Shown: positions 38,797-47,099 of the stretch, piece after piece
Position numbering within the stretch: the stretch's first letter is position 1
Layout of the letters: every line of letters starts with the position of its first letter
DNA from: a virus
Taxonomy: Duplodnaviria; Heunggongvirae; Uroviricota; Caudoviricetes
DNA: 47,099 bases
Direction: 5' to 3' (one strand)
Virus record (IMG/VR): IMGVR_UViG_2534681604_000006
Coordinates: 1-47,099 of that record
Translations under genes and position numbers: made by a program
Notes under the pieces: model-generated
Seen by the model: only the letters and a program-made list of their open reading frames with translations
The model's database searches: none
What the model was told of the DNA's origin: nothing

Positions 38797-39128
38797 AAAA
38801 AGCAACAAAAAAGTTGTAAAATATCTTGACATTTCATCTATTGTATGTTAATATAATTATATAGGGTGATTATTTTTCCTTTATTGGTTCGATATTAAAA
38901 ATTCTTCTTGTCGTTAAAGGGGAGTAAAATCTCCGCTCCCCGCTTCTCCTCCTTAAGTAAATACTGTGTCATTATTACCTCTTTTTTCCTTTGTTATGCA
39001 TACATCTTGGAGTGTGCATAACATAGGGTAATTACAAAGGCGGCTTTAAATGCTGCCTTTTATTTTGCCCGTTATGCAACTTAAAAGTTGTATTTCTTAC
39101 TTTAAACAAGGTAACAAGGTTTATATAA

Positions 39129-39341
39129 ATGTTGTTTTTAAACGATAAAGAGCAAATCATCAAGTATAAAGATGAAATGCTGAAAATTAATCCACAAATT
39201 ACCGAAATGGTAGCTAAATACGCTGGGTGTTCTGTCGAGGAAGTAGAACGATGTGTTGAAAAATATTTTTCTCCTTCTTCTCCGTCTACACCTTCCATTA
39301 ATGAATTAATCAAATTAAAAGCTAAGGAGATTACTAAATGA
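39129..39341 (+). CDS. Hypothetical small protein
   Basis: 70 aa; stop overlaps the next start. Confidence 0.45.
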   Translation: MLFLNDKEQIIKYKDEMLKINPQITEMVAKYAGCSVEEVERCVEKYFSPSSPSTPSINELIKLKAKEITK

Positions 39342-39700
39342 TTATTGATTTAGACACTCTGTTTCCAGTCCGAAAGACTTTCACAGATATTGTAAGTTAT
39401 TGTACTGATCCGTTTGCCTCTGTAGAAAGCAAGGTTTTTGCTTCTCTTCCTGCTGATGTTGAATGCGGCGACTTGATCACCAGCACTGGCGCTAAATATG
39501 TATCAGGAGATGATATCTATGTTGTTATGAGTGAATTTGTAACGGCTGGAGAAAACAAGCCTGTAGATGTTTTACGTAGCAATGCTGGCCTTGTATGCAT
39601 TAAAGCTGATGCGCTGAATGCTGTAAGTGAAGCAGCAAAAACAGCCTTAATTAAAAAAGGCTTCCAGCTTGAAGGCTTCCACTCTGTTTTCACTTCTTAA
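39338..39700 (+). CDS. Hypothetical protein
   Basis: 120 aa; RBS AAGGAG. Confidence 0.55.
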   Translation: MIIDLDTLFPVRKTFTDIVSYCTDPFASVESKVFASLPADVECGDLITSTGAKYVSGDDIYVVMSEFVTAGENKPVDVLRSNAGLVCIKADALNAVSEAAKTALIKKGFQLEGFHSVFTS

Positions 39701-39718
39701 TAAAAGGAATAATAATAA

Positions 39719-40747
39719 ATGATTCTAGGTAATGATTACGTTGATTTAGCTCCTCTGTTCTCTGCGCATAGCACTAGAAACTATCTGCTTTCTACTCTCG
39801 ACTTCACTGATCCGGTGGGCGTTAGTTCTCATAAAGTAGCTGTTTCCCAGCTTGTCGAAAGCAACGAATCTCTCTTTAACAAAGAGACAAGCCGTTTTAG
39901 TTCTGAACACAACGTTACTAAGCGAGAACAAGGTAAAGAATGGCTGATCGAAATCCCGTATTTTCTTCGTGAAGATGTGATCCGTCCTTCTGATGTTCAA
40001 GGCAAACGTAAGCCTGGCACTGATTTCCAGGAAACACTCACTGATATCTATGCGGAATATATCGCTAAACACAATGTTGCATTCCAGCGTACAAAAGAGA
40101 GCGTATTGGCTGCTTCTTTGTTCTCTGGCAAAACTTACACGCCTAAAACTGATGATGTTCTTATCGAATGGGGCAAGCTGTTTAACGTATCAGCTATGAA
40201 AGCCACGGTTAACGCTTCCAGCACTGACACCACGAAGATTTTTAAAGAATTTGATCAGATTGCTACTAACATTTTTGAAATCACACAAAGCCAGGCGTCG
40301 GCGGTAGAACGCATTGTTGTTTTCTGTAAACCTGACGCCTTCTCTGCAATTCGATTCTCTGCTGGTATGGCAAACGCATTCCAGTATGTAAGCCCACTGG
40401 AAGAGGGGAATGTTGTGTACCAGCGTCGTGACCTGCTACCAGGAGTGACAGCGTTCACTATTCCAGGAACTAACATTGATGTTGTTAAACTGGTAGATCC
40501 GCTACATCTGGCACATATGACCGCAGACGCTGTAGCGATTCCGAAGTTTGCTAAAGGCTCTAACGTCTACCAGGCCATCTATGGGGCGGCTTCCAGCACC
40601 TTTGAACTGATTAATGCCGCTCCTGCTGAGGTGTATAGCTACAGCTATGAATCTTCTCGTGGTGATGCTGTTAACGTTGTTACAGAGAATAGCCAGATGG
40701 TTGTAAACCACGGTGTAGGCTTCTCCGTTCAAATCACTGTTAAATAA
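39719..40747 (+). CDS. Hypothetical 342-aa protein, possibly structural; followed by a strong terminator
   Basis: Largest well-formed ORF in the middle of the operon; RBS AAAGGA; no motif recognised with confidence. Confidence 0.6.
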   Translation: MILGNDYVDLAPLFSAHSTRNYLLSTLDFTDPVGVSSHKVAVSQLVESNESLFNKETSRFSSEHNVTKREQGKEWLIEIPYFLREDVIRPSDVQGKRKPGTDFQETLTDIYAEYIAKHNVAFQRTKESVLAASLFSGKTYTPKTDDVLIEWGKLFNVSAMKATVNASSTDTTKIFKEFDQIATNIFEITQSQASAVERIVVFCKPDAFSAIRFSAGMANAFQYVSPLEEGNVVYQRRDLLPGVTAFTIPGTNIDVVKLVDPLHLAHMTADAVAIPKFAKGSNVYQAIYGAASSTFELINAAPAEVYSYSYESSRGDAVNVVTENSQMVVNHGVGFSVQITVK

Positions 40748-40766
40748 TATTTTAACGTGTAATAGA

Positions 40767-40798
40767 GGCGTGGCGTGTATTCACGCTTCGCCTTTTTT
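40767..40798 (+). terminator. Intrinsic terminator after the 342-aa gene
   Basis: Nested GC stems GGCG..GCGTG tatt CACGC..CGCC followed by TTTTTT. Confidence 0.65.
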
Positions 40799-40833
40799 AT
40801 TTATTTTTTTAAATTTTGAGAGGTGATTAAAAT

Positions 40834-41037
40834 ATGGAAGTGATTTTGAAATCAAAAAATGGTGTACACGTACATTTAGATGCTAATGATTCTAGAGGCT
40901 TGTTAAATCTGAAATATCTATGTTCTCTTTTAGATGTTCCCTATGAAGGCGTAAAAGCCCGTATGTTCAGATTAAACGAGAGTATTGATCAAGCTCTGCA
41001 CCATTTCTTAAGTAAAGAAGGTGATAAAAATGATTAA
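40834..41037 (+). CDS. Hypothetical small protein
   Basis: 67 aa; RBS GAGGTGA. Confidence 0.5.
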   Translation: MEVILKSKNGVHVHLDANDSRGLLNLKYLCSLLDVPYEGVKARMFRLNESIDQALHHFLSKEGDKND

Positions 41038-41051
41038 TAAGGGGATTTTAA

Positions 41052-42884
41052 ATGTTAGAAATTAACACTTCTAAAATTAAGAACACAGTAACATTTAGTG
41101 TAGATAAAGACAGCTTGAAAAAAGCGAAAGATTCTATTACAGGCTTAAAGAAACTCGCAGAAAATATCAAGCCCGCTAAATTAAGATTTGATAATGTCAC
41201 TAAAGGCTATAAGAAAGCACAAAACGAAGTAGACAAGATTACCCAGCAAAAAGCCAAAACAGAAAAGCAAAATCAAAGAGCACAAGCTGCCGCAGCAAGA
41301 GCACAGGCAAGGCAACAGCAACAAATAGCAGCACGTAAAGAGAAAGCAGAATTAAAGCTCCTCGATGTGTCAAGCTCTATCAGTGCAATGCACCGCCTCT
41401 CTGTAGCTGAACAATACAAAGCTATTGCACAGGCTAGAGAGATAGCAAAACAATATGAGCAAGGGGCTATCTCGCTTGCACGTATGAATAGCCAGATGAA
41501 ACGCCTACAACAGCAACAACGTAAGATCAATGGCAACAGGAAAGCCCAATTAGCCCCCGTTAAGGGAGGATCAGGGAATGCCGCCACTATGGGCGCTCTG
41601 TTATTTGGAGGCGCTACGGCTGCTGCTGGCGTGATGGCTGTTAGTAAAGCCTCTGAATTTATGGCTAACAGCTTTGCGAATGCTGAAGCCCAAGGGGAGC
41701 TAATTCAACGGGCCAAGCTGGGCGGTGTAGACGTTAACCAGATGTATAATATTACAGAATGGGCGTATAAAAACGGCGTTGACTCTATGATGGGTGATCA
41801 AGGGGCTAGGAAATACCTGGATCAGATGAAAGATGTTAGGGAACGTGCCGCAAAATCCTACAGTGAAGCTGAATTGGTGAAAGATAAGCAAACCGGAAAA
41901 TCTAAATGGAAAGGCGGTGATAACGCTATTAATGAACTTCTAAACATCGGTGTTATTAACAAAAGCGACCTTAAAAAATTTGCTGATAATCCAGCCGGAT
42001 TAATTTCTAAGGCTGTTAATGGAATGATGAAAAAAGGGTTTTCAGACTCCCAAATTGGACAACGTTTAGAAGACCTGGGCGATGATTTGATGCTTACGTC
42101 AAAATATTGGCAACGTTCCGTTAAAGATGTACAAGAAAGTATTAATCAGCAAAAAGCCTCTGGAAAATGGCTAACAGAAACACAGCAAGACTCTATTGTT
42201 AAATTCAGAGAGCTAAACAGACAGCTTTCACAGCTTTCTGATGCAAGACAAGTAGCATTCGTAGACGGCTTTATGAAATCTCTCGATCCAAAAGTAACGG
42301 AAGAGTTTATGAAAAACCTTTCTAATCTCACTCCGTATTTTACGAAGCTGGGCGAAGCGTCTGGAAGTCTCTTTGAGGCCATTATGAAGATTGTAAACTG
42401 GTTTAATCGTAATGATGATAAGACAGATGCTATTCAGAAAAATATGGGAGATGCACCGCCATTAAGCAATGAAGGAATGAAACAGAATCTTTCTAATCTC
42501 GTTCCTGATAAATATAAAGGCGCTGGCACTGCAACAACTACACCTGATAATACTCATTCCCTCTTTAACACAATTAAGGGATGGCTTTTCGATGATAATG
42601 CTTCTTCTGTGTCAGATGTAAAAATGTCAGTTAGTGAAGCACCGATAACCAATCTCAAACAGGGTGCTTTAAATAATCTTGCAATGACAACTCCGGCTTA
42701 TAATTTATCTCCTGTGTTTAACCTGAATCCAACGTTTGAAGTGGTAACAGAAGTTCCTCTTACTATTAATTCTGACACATCAAGATTAAGCGATTATGTG
42801 GATTTTACAGCGAGAGCAAGTCGGGATAGCTTCTTGAAATCATTAACATTAACCAGCTTATCAGGACAATCCAACGGCGGGTAA
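41052..42884 (+). CDS. Large coiled-coil protein with Gly/Ala-rich hydrophobic segment (tape-measure-like or other extended structural protein)
   Basis: 610 aa; Q/A/K-rich heptad-like region (QRAQAAAARAQARQQQQIAARKEKAELK) and GGSGNAATMGALLFGGATAAAGVMAV segment; RBS AAGGGG. Confidence 0.55.
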   Translation: MLEINTSKIKNTVTFSVDKDSLKKAKDSITGLKKLAENIKPAKLRFDNVTKGYKKAQNEVDKITQQKAKTEKQNQRAQAAAARAQARQQQQIAARKEKAELKLLDVSSSISAMHRLSVAEQYKAIAQAREIAKQYEQGAISLARMNSQMKRLQQQQRKINGNRKAQLAPVKGGSGNAATMGALLFGGATAAAGVMAVSKASEFMANSFANAEAQGELIQRAKLGGVDVNQMYNITEWAYKNGVDSMMGDQGARKYLDQMKDVRERAAKSYSEAELVKDKQTGKSKWKGGDNAINELLNIGVINKSDLKKFADNPAGLISKAVNGMMKKGFSDSQIGQRLEDLGDDLMLTSKYWQRSVKDVQESINQQKASGKWLTETQQDSIVKFRELNRQLSQLSDARQVAFVDGFMKSLDPKVTEEFMKNLSNLTPYFTKLGEASGSLFEAIMKIVNWFNRNDDKTDAIQKNMGDAPPLSNEGMKQNLSNLVPDKYKGAGTATTTPDNTHSLFNTIKGWLFDDNASSVSDVKMSVSEAPITNLKQGALNNLAMTTPAYNLSPVFNLNPTFEVVTEVPLTINSDTSRLSDYVDFTARASRDSFLKSLTLTSLSGQSNGG

Positions 42885-42917
42885 TTCCCGCCATAACATT
42901 ACAAGGAAATTATTATT

Positions 42918-43631
42918 ATGGCGACCGCCGGGATTTTAACCATACGTGCAGCAAATACTCCAGAACAACACGTTCAGGCTGTTTACAAAGCAGAACAAGA
43001 TATAAACTCTACAAAAAACGAAAATAGCAAAGCTAATACAACAAAAGGAGAAAATGGATTTGCTATTGTTACCAGTGGGCTGGCATCTTCTGGTAATGAC
43101 GTTTATGAAAATTATATGGCGCTGGCTTTTGACAGTGTAGATGATGTAAACGTGAGACGTTCGGCAGATGTTACAAGCTACCCCGTAGAAAATGGTGCTA
43201 CTGTGTCTGATCACGTTCAAATTAAAAACAATAAATTTTCTCTTAAAGGGCGTATCTCTGAAACACCGATTAAAAGCGATCCTGGCTTGTTAAAGAGTGC
43301 AGGGGTGAACGGGAACAGAAGATCATTAGCTATCGACTACCTGAATCAGATTATGGACAGTAGACAGCCTTTTCTTCTTGTTACAGAAAATAAAACTTTT
43401 GAGAACGTTGTTTTAACAGGCATCGAATACACAGAAGAAGCAAGCGAATCCCTGGTATTTGATCTTAGCTTTGAGCAGATCAGGCTCGTTTCGTATGGCA
43501 CAGTAAACACTGTAGCTATCAAAACACAGCCATCTAAGAACATCGGGGCGAATATGAAAAAACGTGTTAACACTGAAAAATCAAGTAGTGAAGGTGAAGA
43601 TACTATTACGCCTGCCTTTAAGCAGGAATAG
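42918..43631 (+). CDS. Hypothetical protein
   Basis: 237 aa; RBS AAGGA; last gene of the operon. Confidence 0.55.
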   Translation: MATAGILTIRAANTPEQHVQAVYKAEQDINSTKNENSKANTTKGENGFAIVTSGLASSGNDVYENYMALAFDSVDDVNVRRSADVTSYPVENGATVSDHVQIKNNKFSLKGRISETPIKSDPGLLKSAGVNGNRRSLAIDYLNQIMDSRQPFLLVTENKTFENVVLTGIEYTEEASESLVFDLSFEQIRLVSYGTVNTVAIKTQPSKNIGANMKKRVNTEKSSSEGEDTITPAFKQE

Positions 43632-43673
43632 CCGTAAACGCCTCTAAAACGCTCTGTAACGATGTAATTGTAA

Positions 43674-43704
43674 AAGAGGCTACCAATCTATGCTGAAGCC
43701 TCTT
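43674..43704. terminator. Hairpin between the convergent operon and the integrase gene
   Basis: AAGAGGCT (43674-43681) / AGCCTCTT (43697-43704) 8-bp stem with a 15-nt loop. Confidence 0.45.
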
Positions 43705-43712
43705 TATTGCGT

Positions 43713-44990
43713 CTATGGCGTTGTTTTACGCCTTAAATTTGATTTTTTATTGATTGATAAGCCTTTCTCTATTTCAGGGTAGCGTAGAAGCTCAATATAG
43801 TTTTTAAGCTCTACTGGAGAAGCTGCATTCTTGCTATATGTGCGGAATGTCTCTGTATTGCCGCGTGTATGGCCCAGGAGAAGGGCGATCCTGTCTTCTG
43901 GAATTTGATTTCGATCAAGAAGCTGTGCTACTCCGTGTCTCAGAGAATGAAACACCTTCCTTTCTGTTCCCTTTTCCCCTAAAGCCTTTCGTTTAGCTCT
44001 TGTAAATCTCTGCGTGTGCCACGTGGAACGTTTACCATCAGCACGCTCTGTAATGCTGGCGTGATAGAACAAAAAGCCATTATGAGGCTTTTCACGAAGA
44101 GATAACACCAATGGAGTGATAAGGCTATGCACAGGCACAAGACGTGCCGCAGCTTTCGTTTTTCCCTGTGTGATTTCAAAACACAGCACACCTTCGATCT
44201 CTTTCACATCGTCTATTGTGAGACTTGCTATCTCATTGATCCGCATCCCTGTATATAAACCGATAAGACACAAAGCCATCATTTCTTTGTTTTCTGCTGA
44301 ATTACCGGAAAATACTTGCAACACCTGCAATAGCTCTTTGTTAGAAAATGCCTCGTAGCTCTCTCTACTTTGTGCCACATCAAGCCTATGCCCTCGCCAG
44401 GGGGAGAGCGCCCTTTCTGGCGCATCGTGGTAACGTGATGAAGCTAACTCCCATAGCTGGGCCATTGGGCTGATATAATTTGCAATTGATTGTTGTGAAA
44501 GGGTTTTTTGCATGTGTTCTATCCAGCCTGTAACAGTGGTGCGGCTTACATCTTGCAATGCAATATCAGGCTTTTTACGGTAGGAGAGAAACATCTCTAC
44601 CGCTTTTCTTGCCTTAGCTAAAGTGGCTGGCTTCTTCTTCGTGCTGTTAATTGTCAGGTAGATTTCAAGAATTTTAAGCAATGACGGACACGAAGACGCT
44701 GTATCTTGCATTCTGGTAGCTGTTTTGGCGTATTTAGCCTTACTGCGTAACAGTTCCAGCGTGTTCTCTATTGTGCTGTTTACAGGGGCGACACTCTCCC
44801 GTAGACAATGGTATTCATCTGCAATCTGATCACGCTTTCTACGTGCAACACGAAGATTACTTGTATGCAGACTCCTAACAAACGTCCTTTTTCCTTCAAA
44901 AAAGGGCTGCATATACACAGGCAACGTGATCCTCAAATAGTAGTTACCGTAAGAATCACAGATTATGTATTGATTGGGCTTGTATCTCAT
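43713..44990 (-). CDS. int: Tyrosine site-specific integrase
   Basis: C-terminal catalytic motifs (RLVPV..., FHSLRHGVAQLL, LLGHTRGNTETFRTYS); start taken at ATG 44990 with GGGGAG RBS (upstream ATG at 45047 lacks one); adjacent to the att core. Confidence 0.85.
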   Translation of the reverse strand: MRYKPNQYIICDSYGNYYLRITLPVYMQPFFEGKRTFVRSLHTSNLRVARRKRDQIADEYHCLRESVAPVNSTIENTLELLRSKAKYAKTATRMQDTASSCPSLLKILEIYLTINSTKKKPATLAKARKAVEMFLSYRKKPDIALQDVSRTTVTGWIEHMQKTLSQQSIANYISPMAQLWELASSRYHDAPERALSPWRGHRLDVAQSRESYEAFSNKELLQVLQVFSGNSAENKEMMALCLIGLYTGMRINEIASLTIDDVKEIEGVLCFEITQGKTKAAARLVPVHSLITPLVLSLREKPHNGFLFYHASITERADGKRSTWHTQRFTRAKRKALGEKGTERKVFHSLRHGVAQLLDRNQIPEDRIALLLGHTRGNTETFRTYSKNAASPVELKNYIELLRYPEIEKGLSINKKSNLRRKTTP

Positions 44991-45133
44991 AAACTCCCCG
45001 GCTAAAGTGTCGGAGCGTTTGTAATGTGAAAATTGATTGTAACGCATAGAAAATGATGATTTTTTCTATAAGATTCAATCAATTAGTAATGGTCGTAGGT
45101 GATGGCATTAACACGAGATTAATCGAGTGTTTT

Positions 45134-45152
45134 ACTCCTATTATCGGCACCA
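45134..45152. repeat. Right att core direct repeat (19 nt of the tRNA-Thr 3' end) preceded by a degenerate tRNA-like arm
   Basis: ACTCCTATTATCGGCACCA identical to 33102-33120; 45081-45133 resembles the tRNA 3' half with substitutions and an insertion; sequence just right of both cores is also similar (AAATCAATAA). Confidence 0.7.
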
Positions 45153-45237
45153 TTTAAATCAATAAGTTACCCATCATTAGTACCTTCCTTATTTTTTGAC
45201 TGGGACAAATTTGGGACCGATGGGTTCAGGATCGAGT

Positions 45238-45498
45238 CTATTTGCCATGCGTGTTCGGTAAGGTGTTAGGCGCGAGGTGAGCATATCGACGAACCATTTC
45301 GATAGACTCCCAGCCTCCCATTTCCTGTAATACTGACAACGGGACTCCGGCCTGAACCAGCCAACTTGCCCAGGTGTGTCTCAAGTCGTGAAATCTGAAA
45401 TCATCAATACCAGCTCGTCTCAGCGCCGCTTTCCTTGTACACAGATACCCAGCGGTAATGATTTGCAATTCGAAAGAGTTCGTATTTCTCTCCCACAA
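45238..45498 (-). pseudogene. Integrase C-terminal remnant (P4/CP4-type tyrosine recombinase), N-terminus deleted
   Basis: Encodes only ...[42 protein letters not shown]...; no genuine start codon. Confidence 0.6.
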
Positions 45499-45935
45499 AT
45501 ATAAATACTGTTTAAAAAGGGGAGAGAAAACATATTTTAATTATCACCAACGTAAATTATTTTTTGACGTTATTAATAGAAGTGAAGGAATAAATAGGCG
45601 TATTCTACGATTGCAACAAAAACAACGATATTAATCAGTTTATGACTGATTTGTTGTATTTTATTCTCTTTCATTGGTACTTCCTCGCTTTAAAAAAGAG
45701 TGCACTTCGTAAGTGCCTTATATATAAATAGCGAGTTTGGTCAACCAATTTTTTGACATGTATCACAAATTTGAATGGATGTATTACATCAGCCATCTTT
45801 TATAGATAATTAATTCCTTAACGGAAACCAGCCTGTTCCTTTCGATACCTGAATTTGATCCCATAGTTTATCCAGAATGGTTAGTTCAGGAACGCGCTGT
45901 GGATTAAGGGGGGAATTTCATGACTTCTACCTGAT

Positions 45936-46157
45936 TCAGCTAAATGTACCCATCACCAGCCTTTTACCGATCGCCGCAAGTGTCAGCCAGCGGAAAGCGC
46001 ATACGTCATTCGAGTGGTGATTATGGCGGTTAAAGAGAGGAGAAAAGAAATTCTGCAGAAGAAATCCATTCGCGCTATGAAGGTCAACGCTATCAAAACC
46101 TGCTTTAATGGCTCTTTTATGACGTCTTCCGGCTAAAATGATTGTGTCTATAAACAC
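45936..46157 (-). pseudogene. Possible fragment of an Old-Yellow-Enzyme-type NADH:flavin oxidoreductase
   Basis: Short stretch KAGFDSVDLHSANGFLLQNF resembles the OYE active-site region, then similarity is lost. Confidence 0.3.
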
Positions 46158-46166
46158 CCTTCATGA

Positions 46167-47099
<933 letters not shown>

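Larger units (their letters stand above)
33121..45152. mobile_element. AT-rich ~12 kb integrative island inserted at the tRNA-Thr att core, integrase at the right end
   Basis: Bounded by the direct repeat ACTCCTATTATCGGCACCA (33102-33120 and 45134-45152); the right junction carries a degenerate tRNA-like arm next to the integrase; composition and Shine-Dalgarno usage differ from the prophage. Confidence 0.65.

Noticed and set aside
39719-40747. Walker-A-like string ASLFSGKT in the 342-aa island protein
   Set aside because: Single loose match in mid-protein with no Walker B or other NTPase context; treated as coincidence.

Overview
The window holds three stacked mobile units plus a host edge. 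(1) 1-33120: the late half of a lambdoid prophage with a Mu/SfV-like contractile tail (ninB/E/F/G, Q, two phage tRNAs, a phage-21-type pinholin/SAR-endolysin/Rz/Rz1 lysis cassette, terminase, portal, head, sheath/tube/tape-measure, baseplate, tail fibre with a Gin-type invertible segment). Its invertase is truncated where an AT-rich cargo begins: a DUF262-DUF1524 (GmrSD-like) type IV enzyme and a single-chain MmeI-like type IIL restriction-modification enzyme. The prophage ends at a 46-nt copy of the tRNA-Thr(CGU) 3' end. (2) 33121-45152: a second, AT-rich ~12 kb integrative island bounded by a 19-nt direct repeat of that tRNA core, with a ~3 kb repeat-dense non-coding region, a 12-gene same-strand operon of mostly unrecognisable proteins and a tyrosine integrase. 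(3) 45153-47099: an integrase C-terminal remnant, a decayed oxidoreductase fragment and a LysR regulator. The best candidates for undescribed biology are a self-contained two-gene moron inside the baseplate operon (20581-21733), an antisense moron between the lysis genes and terminase (4422-4853), and the island operon. All calls come from reading the sequence and motif recall; no database search was run.
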